Below are positions 1-12,974 of a DNA stretch of 64,000 bases, one piece after another. Below the pieces are notes generated by a model. The model searched no databases. It was not told the DNA's origin and was given only the letters and a program-made list of their open reading frames with translations. Made by a program: the position numbers and the translations under genes. This DNA comes from the human T2T-CHM13v2.0 reference genome, Homo sapiens. Positions within the stretch are counted from its first letter, which is position 1, and each line of letters opens with the position of its first letter. Where the stretch lies: NCBI RefSeq assembly GCF_009914755.1, contig NC_060927.1, one strand, 5' to 3'.

Positions 1-590
1 GGGGGATTAAGTGAGCATTGATTTTGGCACTAAAGAGATTGGTAATTTAATAATTTCAGTGAAGATGTATGGGCAATATCTGGAGTGAAGTGGGAAGATG
101 AGTGGATTTGAGGTGAAGATAGAGTGGGTAGTGCAGCATGACTCTTGAGATTTTTTTCTGTGAATGACAACAGAGAAGTGGGAAGGCAGCTACAGCTGGG
201 TTGAAAGATCAAGAGATTTCCTTGTTGTGTATGTGATTGTTGTTGTTTGTATAATGTTAAAGTTTAAAAAAGCATAATACTGCAGCACATTTGTATATAC
301 ATGGGAATCATGTGGAAGAGATGAAAATAATGAAGGTGTGATGATTCAGGAGAGCGAGAGAATGATTGCTAGTGGGAGGTCCCTAATAAGTCTAAGAGTA
401 CAGTGTGCAGAATACAAGGTGATAGGTTGGTGCAGGATAAAAGCAGGAACTCTTTTTCCATTGTAAATAGTAGAAAGAACAGAGCATGGTTCAGATACAG
501 AATATGGATATTTTCTCTAATAGTTTCCAAATTCAGTGCATTCTGAAGTGAAGGGCATGGAGTGAGGTGAAGCAGAAATACCTTGAGTGA
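1..590 (-). mobile_element. L2 LINE relic, antisense
   Basis: Purine-rich degenerate sequence resembling the reverse complement of the L2 ORF2 region (e.g. 'cagagaagtgggaaggcagctacagctggg', 'gatgattcaggagagcgagagaatgattg'); boundaries approximate. Confidence 0.55.
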
Positions 591-591
591 G

Positions 592-1765
592 CAAAGTAGC
601 AGCATAAATTGCAGAGGTTAAGTGCAAAATGAAAATGCAGGATCCCTTGCTGAAAATGCAGGGAAAAAGTATATAAAGTATTAAAAGAAATTTTTTCTTC
701 TGTTGTCTCTCAACTTTCTATCATGTGTTTTATTTGTTATTTAATATTGCTCTAAGCAAAGGAAAGTTACAATATTAAATTCTTAGCATAAATTTAAGCA
801 CTCATTGTTACAATGCCTTTTTAACTGGGAATATAAGAGCACTAAATTATTTAAAGAAAATCAAAATTACACAATTTGTATTCCACAGCTAGTACTCAGA
901 GGGTGCTTCAAACTAGCTAGAATAAACACCGCATACTAGATTCAGGAAGGTTGTAAGTCAGAAGAATGGGCTCTGCAAGGCATGTAGCCAGCAGGAGGAG
1001 TGCTCCTTTCGGAACTAAGACACTCACAGGGCAAGGGAAGACTCTTGTATGTGCCTGGGGCCTCCACCCTGTGTCTCACAGCATGTTGGGGTCCCATTCC
1101 TGCCAGCTGCTAGACTAACATAGGGCCTTGTGGATGAAGTGGGCTCTAGGGAAGTCAAATCAGTTGTCTCTCCTTCCCACAGGCCTGCTGCTCCAACCAT
1201 GGTAAATGGGCCATACCCAGGGTCCTTAAACTCCAATATATGCCAGGATATACTTGGTACCTGGATCAAAGGTGGGTTAGAGGCTTTCTCCCACCCATAT
1301 GTGATCTTTACCGGGCCTATATGCATTTGCAACTGCCAGCTCAGAGTAAAAAACTCCCACCACATCCAACCCAAGAGGAGAAGGTCAACAGTGAATGGGG
1401 TGCCTCCCCCAACTCACACAATCCAGTCACTGCTCCGGACAAAGAGTGACAGACTTCCTTGGATGGAAAACAGAAAGGGAGGCTGGGCAGGGTGAAGTGT
1501 CAAGGGTAGCAGATGGCCTAGACCCTAAAAGGCAAGGAGGTGTCAAGAGGCAGGACCACACATAATCCAAGACTCCAAGTGCTTGGCATCTGCTCTGTTA
1601 TCCCATTAGACTTCATACAAAATATGAGTTCTAAGATAACATTAAGAATTTGAAGGAAGCAACCACAGATAACCACAGACCATTAAGCTACAGTGTGGGG
1701 TGGAGGTGAGGGGGTTCTGAGCATAGAGCTCTATGTGTTTGCAAAGGACCATAAACATGGTCCTG
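592..1765 (-). mobile_element. MER45-family (MER45B-like) hAT-Tip100 DNA transposon
   Basis: Left end 'cataaattgcagaggttaagtgcaaaatgaaaatgcaggatccc' and right end 'attaagaatttgaagg...ggttctgagcatagagctctatgtg...tcctg' match the reverse complement of the two MER45A halves, with ~1 kb between them; flanks tgagtgag/tgtgcaag are a possible decayed 8-bp TSD. Confidence 0.7.
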
Positions 1766-1851
1766 TGTGCAAGTGTCTGAAAGGGATCATTCAGCTAGTT
1801 GTAAGGTATGATGGCTTACTCTTTGTAAAACCAAATCATTATTACAGTTTA

Positions 1852-2285
1852 AGTGGGAGACATTTCTCTATGAATCTCATGTTTCTGCATATCTTGTCAT
1901 CTTGCCAGAGAGGCACTGACTGCCTTTAATTCCAGACTCTTTTCAAGGATATTTGCATTGTGAACTGCCATGGAAACTAGAGATAAGGCCTTTATCTGAA
2001 GCAAACAGGAAGCATGCTTCTTGCCCATTATAAAATATTCAGGTTTTCGAAGCTCACACCTTCCCTCCTGTAAGCAGTTCATGACTTGAGCAGGTTTCAT
2101 CTAGCCCTCTTCCCATCTCCCTGTGGGAACTAGGGCTTAGGAAACTGGCCAAAACAGAAATGCTGATACTCTGGCTACCACTTAGGCTGACCCATTTATC
2201 TCTGACCTAAGGATTTCATAACTTCTATCAGCATGTATTAAAGTGTGGCAGGCTAACTTGCAAGTAAGGTAAGAATCCAAATTAT
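1852..2285 (+). mobile_element. ERVL solo LTR, LTR40-like
   Basis: 'gggagacatttctctatgaatctcatgtttctgcat...agaggcactgactgccttt...ttttcaaggatatttg' matches the recalled LTR40 5' end; 3' part has 'gtgtggcaggctaacttg'. Confidence 0.65.
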
Positions 2286-2445
2286 TAATACCTTTGCTTT
2301 AGTTCTGTACTCTCTGATCAAGTGTTCCCAAGAATAATTGAATTTTCAAACTACACACCAAAATTTAAGTCATTTTCATTCCCCTTTAGCAGATCCAGGA
2401 AATGCAGGCAAAAATGTCTGGAAAATAAGCATCTAGCTTCTAAAG

Positions 2446-2832
2446 CATCGCTTTCCAAAGTGTTTCATTGGATCACAATTGATGATACATACATACACAA
2501 AAAGTTGCCCACAGTGATGTAAGTTCAAAGTAATATTGCTTTATTGCAAAAATTTTAAGATCTTTTAATGAAGAATTCTGAAAATTGTTTCTTCATACAC
2601 TCCATCAATAACAATGTTGAGCACATACCTCCAATACATATGCATGCATTTATACATAAATAACTGAACTATAGTGTTAATGTTATATACATTTTTAAAT
2701 ATACAAAAATAAAAAAATTTAAAAGGTTATGAAAATAAATTTACAAGGAAACTTTCTCATGGTTCTTTCCTACCTGCTACTGAATCATCTTTGTACACTA
2801 TGATATGAACATACCCCATTTGGAGACTACCG
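2446..2832. mobile_element. Possible hAT-Charlie-type DNA transposon relic
   Basis: TIR-like ends 'catcgctttccaaagtg' and 'ccccatttggagactaccg', preceded by 'ttctaaag' (Charlie-like target site). Confidence 0.35.
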
Positions 2833-2963
2833 CTTCAGTGAGTTGATGTACATTACAATCTGCAAAGGGGAGATACATGTGTAGTTTCTCCAACACAAAT
2901 GACTATGGAACTTTTTTTCCTTTAGGGGGACTCCTCTAAAATGAGGGTTTCTTAGAGTGTATC

Positions 2964-3318
2964 TGCAATGGACCAAATGTTTATGTTCCCTCAAAATTCA
3001 TATGCTGAAACCGAATTCCCAAGGTGATGATGTATGGACGTGAGGTTCTTGGGAGGTGCTCAGGTTATGAAGGTGGAGCCTTTATGAATGAGTTAATACC
3101 CTTATTTTAAAGAGACCCCAGAAAGCTCCTTTGCCCCTTCTGCCATGAAAGGGCACAGCAAGAAGGCAATTGTTTATGGACTAGAAAATGACACCGAATC
3201 TGCCAGTGACATGATCGTGGGCTTCTCAGCCTCCAGAACTGTGAGAAATAAATGTCTGCTGTGTACAAGCCATCTAGTCTATGGTATTCTGTTACAGTAG
3301 CCTGAAAAGACTAAGATG
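2964..3318 (+). mobile_element. MaLR solo LTR, MLT1A0-like
   Basis: 'tgcaatggaccaaatgtttatgttccctcaaaattcatatgctgaa...cagcctccagaactgtgagaaataaatgtctg...gactaagatg'; 5-bp TSD gtatc/gtacc. Confidence 0.85.
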
Positions 3319-3931
3319 GTACCTTAAAAATACTGATCTAATCTCCAGAGGCTTCAAATTGGTGGCCCGGAGCAATCTCATTTACTATAATTGAGTTTGC
3401 ATGACTTTACTCAGCAATGTAGTTAGTCTCCAATTTACCTAATCTTCGGAAATTTTTGAGTTACAAATCTTCTTTATTCATTTCTTTATCTAGCATATAA
3501 AGTCCTTTTCATGTTTTATCTTCACTTGGATTGGTTTGAATACCACACGAAGTTTAGTGAGAAGGTTCATGGCTTTAGGGGAGCATAATTTCTTCAGAAT
3601 GGACACAGACATTTTTGGCCAGGGATAAGTAGGTGATAGCTTGCTTGAATTGGACCTACATCGAATGACATGCATGACAAGTTAATCTTTAATGCCTATC
3701 CCCACTATTGTTTTAGGATTATTTGTGCCAAAACACATTATTCCTAGGTTATTTATGCTTTTTCACGTTTAAGAGGGTTACAGCTTCAGCCTATGGCTGA
3801 GTCTGAGGGAAACAAGTTGTTGGCTGATGCAATAATGAAAGAATAAGAGGTATAAATTTGTCATCTCTTTCTATGCCATGCCATTAGCTAGTGATCAACT
3901 TTTTCACACAGTTAAAAGAAAATGTTAAATT

Positions 3932-4245
<314 letters not shown>

Positions 4246-6956
4246 TCAGAGTTATTTTGTTGGATTTTAAATTAGATAGAAAAAATAATTTAAATGTTTC
4301 TGACATTCTTATCCTGAAGGTAAATTAAATATTTCAAAGTACATAGCTGAATTATATGAATCCTGCATAATTTGCATTGCTTCTGTGATCCAGTGAAAAA
4401 AATGGAAGAAGAGAGAAAGGAATATATAAACAGAGTAAGTACCTTCTTTTATTTGAAACATTTTCAAATGTTAGCCAGGAAAAGGAGGCATTTTGCAAGG
4501 TGTTATGCCAACTGGAATTGTATTGCCATTCATTCTATTCCCGTAGGGAGAGAGTGAATGAGACAGTAATTGATTTCTTCCAGGAGGAACCACCACCCGT
4601 GACTCTTACTGTTCTTATACATCATTAGTCAGACAATAGAAAGTTTCCTAATGGGATTTTAGAGTCTCTTGAACCTAAAAAAATGTATTTTCACGTTTTA
4701 ATTATTAAATTTCAATATTGTATGATGCATCATGTTTTTGCTATTCTCAGCTAACTGATTTAGATTACAACAGTGGGACACATTATTGGACAGAATCAAA
4801 ATTGAGGTTCTAGTGAATAAGGTACCTAGAATGAAGTATTTTTCCAAAGGTACAACACAGTTGTGGAGAACTCATAATAATTTAACTTAATTACCCTAAA
4901 AAGGGGAATATATTGGAGGCATAAAAAGTACAATATTTAAATGTTTGAGCAACAAACAGGGTAAGGTGAACATAAAAATTGTCCATGTTGAGTGTTCTTA
5001 GTCCACATCCACATTTCTCTCTCAACCCCATAAGAACCAAGAGGGCATGTTTGATACCCCTAACATTTGAACTAGAAAACAGGAATGAACAACTCTAAGG
5101 AAACAGAACCAGAAAGGGTGATGATAAATTCAGCCTCATGTTCAAATAAATTTTCATTAGGTTTTAAACAGTTTCTGTTACACCCGGTAGAACTTCAGAA
5201 AACAGATTATGGAATCTCACCATCTTATCATTTTCTTCTTTCTCTCTCCTCCTTTCTATATGTATAGAATATATATAAAAATATTACATATATAAATAAT
5301 TCTCCATATAATAAATTTCTACATATAGAAACACATGTATATTTCTATATATGCAAAGCATATCTATATACTTTTTTTTTAATCATGTCTCTGTGGGAAC
5401 AAGACGTAATCCTCTCAAGTCGCCGTCACACTCTATTTTTATGGCTTATACTTTTGGCAGGCTTAGATGGTCTAGGATGAAGAATCATATACAGTTAAGC
5501 CATTTGTCTATAACAAAGTACAAAGTCAGAGGAAAGAAGCAAGCTATCAGTTGAGCAGTGGTGTTTTTCTATCCCCAGGTATTGATCATATAACTAAACC
5601 TTAAAGGATTAAAGATCTATTTCTCAAAATGTAGAACACAGGGGTTGTCTTTCTCTCTTTTTCTCTTTTTTTTAATTCATGCTGCTAAGGTGGCAACTAA
5701 ATTAATAGTTTGTTTGCAAGGTATGAAGTTTATTAATAGCACAGGAGAGGCAAATAAACAGAAAGAGATTACAGAACAGTGCTGATGGTAGTTATCACTA
5801 AATATTAAAACTACCTCCTCTGCACAATTAAACTCAGTGCTGAACATTTGGAAACAGAAGAAACTAATGACAAATTGCCTCAACTTTCCCAATATCGGAA
5901 GCTTCCAAAGCTATGTGAATACTGTGGAAGTGATGAGGGCAGAAGTCAGGACAATGGGCTCATGATTAAGCTGGCGGGAAGACTCACTAGGTGGAGTAAT
6001 GCAGTTCCAAAGAGCAACATTAATAGCACTGACTGGGCATTGAAGAGGTTACTCTACTGATGCAAATACCAAATGGCCTGATTTCAGTTTCCAACTGTGT
6101 TCCCCAGAGAAAGGTCAAACCCAACTGTACCAATGTTGACTTCCCCCCTTTCTCTACCCTATAACCACTAAACATAAGTTCCTTCCATAATATCAGAATA
6201 TATGTTCACAATTATAATTCATGACATTAGTTGACAACATTAATTCTTTGTTTCCTTATTTGAAAGATCGTTTGAGTAACCCAAATTCTGATCACTATCA
6301 ACAGTGAGTCGCCATGTTAAACCTAGGCAGTCCGAACTTTATTTCATCTCAGTGTAACTACTTTTCTGCTGATGAATTAAATAGCAAAATGTCGTTTCAG
6401 GTTGTGTTTTAAGGTTGTACCCTAGAGAGAAATTTCAGAATCAGCTTAGTCAACAGAGCTGCATTTCCTAGCTTACATTTGATTGAATGTGATCTGTCCA
6501 CAGAGTGCTTTGGAGTGAAGACAGTAGGTGATACATAATAACTAAATAGAGAGAATTATATTGAGGCACTTAGGGAGGGAAATGTAAGAAACGTTATGGC
6601 CAGTTATCACCACTGCAATCAAACTGTTCTAAAGGAACCTCATACGAAATATGTTGTCAATGAGAGCAGTTTCAATTACTTATTCTTATTAACATAAGCA
6701 AAAAACAATCACTTGTAGAAAGATCATTTAAAAATATTTGATCATTAAGTTTTTCATCAAAAGTCCTCTTTTTCATTAATTTCTTTCTCCATATTAATTT
6801 TTATGCCACTTTATTTTTTTATACTAATACCTTTAAAGTATCTAATTATTTTCTTTCAACAAATTTAAATTGACACCCTGCAAAATACTAATAACATCTA
6901 AACTGCCCAGGAGAAGAACTTTCCTTTTCAGACCAGTCAACCCACGGTATTATTAG

Positions 6957-6962
<6 letters not shown>

Positions 6963-7010
<48 letters not shown>
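6963..7010. repeat. (TA)24 microsatellite at the Alu tail
   Basis: Perfect TA repeat directly abutting the poly(T) of the antisense Alu. Confidence 0.95.
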
Positions 7011-7028
<18 letters not shown>

Positions 7029-7306
7029 GGTAAGACAGAGTCTCGCACTTTTGCCCAGGCTGGAGTGCAGTGGCATGATCTCGACTTACTGCAAGCTCCA
7101 CCTCCCGGGTTCACGCCATTCTCCTGCCTCCTGAGTAGCTGGGACTACAGGTGCCTGCCACCACGCCCGGCTAATTTTTTGTATTTTTAGTAGAGGCAGC
7201 GTTTCACCGTGTAAGCCAGGATGGTCTCAAACTCCTGACCTCATGATCCACCCACCTCGGCCTCCCAAAGTGCTGGGATTACAGGCATGAGCCACCGCGC
7301 CCAGCC
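7011..7306 (-). mobile_element. AluY, antisense
   Basis: Poly(T), then 'gcaagctccacctcccgggttcacgccattctcc' (AluY diagnostic), ending 'gccaccgcgcccagcc'. Confidence 0.92.
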
Positions 7307-7483
7307 ATAAATTGTTGTTTTAAGCCACTACATTTTTAGGTGATTTGTTAAATAGTAACATATATCTAAAACATCTAACATAGAAAATAATAAAATGATA
7401 AAAATCTTGAAATTTCTGAAATTTGAAATTTCAGAAATTTTGATGCCAAAATTGATTTCAATATTGGCTTAAATAGTGATACC

Positions 7484-8292
<809 letters not shown>

Positions 8293-8539
8293 TTAGTCTT
8301 CCATGAAATATTGATAAATGTCTCTCTCTCTCTCTCTCCCCCCCTTCTCTCTCACACACACACAAAAATAAAATATTAGTATTATTACATAGATGTAAGC
8401 CATACATTCAAAGAATAATAAATACAAATACGAGTGATTCACCCCAGCAAAACAATGTAGTACAATACTAAAGATACAATGAAGACCTGAGTAATAAAGT
8501 ATATTCTCACATACAATCAGAGAGGCAATATGCCAATAT

Positions 8540-8900
8540 CAAAATATAACAATTATATGCTTTTTTATCTGGTAATTCCACTATTTGAAATTTATCTGAT
8601 AGAAAGACAAAAATATGGACTCAATATACACTAATGTAATGTTGATTGTAGCATTGTATATAAATAGTAAAATCTGAAAATATACTCATTAATAAGAAAA
8701 TGTTTATAGGATTTATAGAAATATTATATATTAGGCAGAAGTTTAAAATATGAATTGCTTGTCAATATGAATTAACTGCAGGAAACAAAGGTATGTTATA
8801 AAAACAGTATAGGATAAGGCAAGTACTTGATACTATCTGCAACATAGGGATATTTGCCTTTTCTCAAACACACATATGAAATTTTAAGAAGGAAACAGGA
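8540..8900 (+). mobile_element. Degraded ancient L1M 3' fragment
   Basis: 'gtaattccactatttgaaatttatctg...atgttgattgtagcattgtatataaatagtaaaatctgaaaa' resembles the L1ME ORF2 end/3' UTR. Confidence 0.4.
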
Positions 8901-10481
8901 AAACATTAAAGCCATGAAAATAATTATCTTTGACGAGTGAGACAGGAAAAGCGAAAGAAGAGAGAAATTTACTAATTATATTATATATTTCTAGTTGTCT
9001 TTAATTGTTACATGCATGAGTTACATATATACATATATAGATGCACATACATATATATATTCTCCATGTTTACGCATCAATCTTAGCACTTCCCCATGTA
9101 CTTAGTCCTTTTCCTCACATTCCCCTTGTCATTATTTTAGTAAGGAGGCCAGGCATCTCATAATGTCTGTCTTTTAATAAAATTTAATAAACATTTGTTA
9201 ACTGTCTAATAAAAAAGAGGCATTATAAATGTGTATAGTTTTGAAACAACAATATCACTTCCAGGAATATAGTCCAGGGAACTGTTTTTTAAATATGGTT
9301 TTGTTAATTTGTGGGTAGGGAAATCAATGTATCAGTAAGAAATCAACATCTTATATGAGCTATATTCAATAAACTAGAATAGGGATGAAACAAAAGAAAG
9401 CACATAGAAAAGGTGAGTGTTGTGTTGGTTAGCTTCTGGTTTATATGTATGAGTACAAAGATATTTTGCCATAGGTTGTGAGTATTGGCTGAGTAGATTA
9501 GACTATCTATGTCCTGTTTCTTTTACATAGTTCAATGCTGTATTAATTTTGATGCTGAGTAAGCACCTAGAACTCTAACAATGAGAAAAAGGTGAATAGC
9601 TTACAAAATCATAATTTTGGGGGCCTTTTAGATAGTAGAAGACACAAAGAGACTGGGTAAACTGTATTTTCAAAGAAAACAAGCACCTTGGAGAAAAGGT
9701 AGAACATAATTTAATTTTCTGCTAAGCAAGACAGCAAGAGAGTAAGAGTCAGCCTCCATAAAAGCAGGTGAGAAGAACACAATTGAAATTTAATGAATTA
9801 TTTGAGGCTCAATGTGGGGTACTGTGACTTTTAGAATACTTGGGAACCCAAGATACAAGGAGGTTCTTCACCTACTCATCAGGCCTTTTCACAGGCCTTT
9901 CTGAGATTCTCATAAAAAACTGGTGGCAAGGCAGAAGACATGTGACCATTACCTAAGTGTGTGGACTTCGAGAGTAGGCTTAGGTCTGAGGGTGGAGCAG
10001 CAGTCTCTGGAGGCAACATTCATGATTTTTCAGGACCTGCATGAGTATAAGCAGGTGATCAGCTGCCACTTCAGGACAGGCATCAAATCTGCCCACATTG
10101 TGGAACCTTTTCTGATACATAGCAAAATCCATCTTCTACTGGAGAAGAAGTGGGAATCCTCTCACCCACCAGTACTTGCCCTGAACCGGGCAAGTTCACC
10201 TGCCAGTAGATTAGATTTGTATTAACAAGGGCAAAAACCTCTGTCACTAGCAGAGGGGCAGGATGCTGAAACATACTCAGAATCCTGCACTGATACAGGC
10301 ACAGTTCATTGCCACAGGGGAGCAGAGAAGAGGCTGAGACCATATTTGCATTAGAGGAATGGGTTGTTTATCATCACAGAAGGAGCAGGAATGCTGGGAA
10401 AGTCTCACTATTACTTGAAAGGTTATATTAATATTTGAAAGTACACTCATAAATTTAAGATCTAGATTTTAAACCTAAAAG

Positions 10482-10700
10482 CAGAATTTCTCAACCTTGG
10501 TGCTATTAACATGGCTAGCCAGGTATGTCTTTGTTGTGGAGGCCACTGTATGCGTTGTAAGACATTCATTAGGATCCCTGGCCTCTACCTCATAGATGCC
10601 GGTAGCATCACCCAGTTGTGACAACCCAAAAGGTCTCCAGATATAAATATTGCCAAATGTCACCTGGGTGCACAAAATCACCACAGGCTGAGAACCACTG
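10482..10700 (-). mobile_element. MER20 hAT-Charlie DNA transposon, full length (219 bp)
   Basis: TIRs 'cagaatttctcaacc'/'gctgagaaccactg'; internal 'atccctggcctctacctcatagatgccggtagcatcacccagttgtgacaaccc' matches the MER20 reverse complement. Confidence 0.9.
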
Positions 10701-10711
10701 GCCTAGATTAA

Positions 10712-10770
10712 TGATAGATAGATAGATAGGTACGTAGATAGTTACATAGATAAATAGGTAGATAGATAGC
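10712..10770. repeat. Degenerate (GATA)n microsatellite
   Basis: gatagatagatagatagg...gatagatag. Confidence 0.7.
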
Positions 10771-11234
10771 TCATAAGTAAATAGATTAAGTTATAAAAAG
10801 TAATCACATTTTAAAGAGGCCAGAAAGAGAAAAAAGGAGCAAAGAATAGACAGGTCAAATAGAAAATGAGCCATCCAAGTACCTCAAATAAAAAAACTAA
10901 GGTCTGTCTTCCATTTAATCTGAAAGCATCTCTCAAATTTGGTATTTGGCATTTGGGGTATCTCAGACATTAGTGAAAGTGTAGTGATATTTCACCTTCA
11001 TCCCTGAGCTCCCTTTTTTCCCGTTTGTAGATCTCCATCCACAGTAACTGTCTGAAGTCATCCCACTTCTTTTTCAGGTAGATTGCATTACTTTTTACCA
11101 AAAATTCAGGGCTTAATCTTATGTATCAAAAAAGTCATGTTTTCTGTTTGGTTAATACATGTTTTATTTACTCTAAGTTTCCTCATTAAGATAGACTTTG
11201 ACATTTTGTCATATGCTTTCCCCACATGCTCCAA

Positions 11235-11380
11235 ACATAGACTCATAAGAGCAGGGAGCTTAGTCTATTTTGTTCAAAAATGATGTTCAGGTTGTTAGAA
11301 TAGTGCCTGGGACAGTATTTGGAACCTAAAATTCTAGGAAAAAATATTTCTTGAATGAATGAACAAACGGATGAGTGAAT
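11235..11380 (+). mobile_element. L2 3' end
   Basis: 'gagcagggagcttagtctattttgttca...agaatagtgcctgggacagta...aaatatttcttgaatgaatgaa'. Confidence 0.7.
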
Positions 11381-11524
11381 AATTGAAATGATGCAGTAAA
11401 TAAGTATTTTTTTCCCTCTTGAAATTTATCTGCCCCATCTTCTTATAAGGAAAACAAATTCACCTCTTATTTTATAGTTTTTATTATTTCTATTCCCAGT
11501 ACATATGAATGACAGATTAATTAA

Positions 11525-11872
<348 letters not shown>

Positions 11873-12694
11873 AAGAAAGAATATGATTTTTTAAAAAAAT
11901 GAATAGACAAGATTCCTTCCCTCCAAGAGACTAAAACTTATTTGTGGAATATAGAAAAGCTGAATGCATCTAGCGTACAGATACAAATCAATTTGTCAGT
12001 CAGTGGAGAACAATCTACTGTAAAAATGAAAGACGTGATATGAGTGGTGCAGGGAGTGAATCCAAGGAGAATTCTTAGAAAAAGTTATTTTTTGAATAAA
12101 ATATTGAATAAAGTGTTGGAACACAGATTGTCAGCTCAGACAAGGAAGGACATTCCCCTAAGATTAAAATGCTGACACTAAACATAAAAAACTTCAAGCA
12201 GGTTTTATTGGAATGGAGTTAAATATGGAGAATAGAAAACAAAAGAGAAAATGTGGAAGCCTTATAAAAATGATAGAAGTTGAATGCTAATGTGAAAATA
12301 AGGGAATTTACCAATAAATGTTAATATGTGGAATTAGAATTTAGAATTGAATTATCAGTTCTCCTAAATTGTGCTTAGTAAATGTCACTAAAATTCTTTT
12401 AAAATAAATATAGCTTTAGGGTAGAGTTGGTCAATTCACTGCTATACCCTCATACTCCAAACAAACAGCAGTGATAAAGTAAAATATAAAAAGTGAAATC
12501 CCAAAAGGAAAACATGGCTCAAAACTATGATAATTATTTTTGTAAACAAGAAATAGAACCAAATTACACACTGCTAAGTGGGGGTGAACTGTATATAGAC
12601 ATGCTGGGCTCAGTCTCAGACAAGCGGTAGCAGATGCGAAATCAGCTCCAGCTAGGTAATAGAGGCTGCAGTCCAGGCTTTCACAGCTCAGCTC

Positions 12695-12940
12695 AAGGAA
12701 ACACGCTTGTGTTCAAACCACTGTTCCAGCATTAGCTACCTGTGATAAGCATTTTACCTGAGATTAGCTACCTGTGATAAGCATTTTACCTGTGATGATT
12801 AGCTACCTGTAATAAGCATTTTACCTGTGGTCAAATGGTGCTAGTAATAACTACCTCATAGGACTGCATGAGGATAAATTGAATGGGAACATGAAGGGCA
12901 CTCAGAAGAATGCTAGACAGTCAGTAAGTGTATTAGAGTC
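12695..12940 (+). mobile_element. MIR containing a young tandem triplication
   Basis: 'gttcaaacc...' and 'aaatggtgctagtaataactacctcataggactgcatgaggataaattgaat...gcactcagaagaatgctagacagtcagtaagtg' match the MIR core and tail. Confidence 0.7.
12731..12829. repeat. Minisatellite, 3 copies of a 32-35 bp unit
   Basis: attagctacctgtgataagcattttacctg starts at 12731, 12763 and 12798 (one substitution in copy 3). Confidence 0.92.
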
Positions 12941-12974
12941 CATCCTTTTTCATCTATTTAAAGCTTAAGCTATG

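Larger units (their letters stand above)
6900..7373 (+). mobile_element. 3' part of an old MLT1-type LTR, split by the AluY and (TA)n at 6963-7306
   Basis: 'aactgcccag...ccagtcaacccac' before the Alu and 'ataaattgttgttttaagccacta...atttgtta...aaca' after it together form a typical MLT1 3' end. Confidence 0.55.
9500..10870 (+). mobile_element. Ancient L1M 5'-end and inter-ORF fragments, interrupted by MER20
   Basis: Motif order resembles the L1 5' region at 26950-27900 (e.g. 'gaatagcttacaaaatcataatttt' vs 'aaaaacatacaatcacaattt'); 10410-10870 resembles L1ME inter-ORF sequence. Confidence 0.45.

Noticed and set aside
1024-1495. Overlapping 116-121 aa ORFs in a GC-richer stretch
   Set aside because: They lie inside the MER45-family element and show no recognisable transposase or other protein motifs
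12731-12829. ~30-bp direct repeats superficially like a CRISPR array
   Set aside because: Copies are head-to-tail with only 2-5 nt between them, there are no unique spacers or cas genes, and the context is eukaryotic
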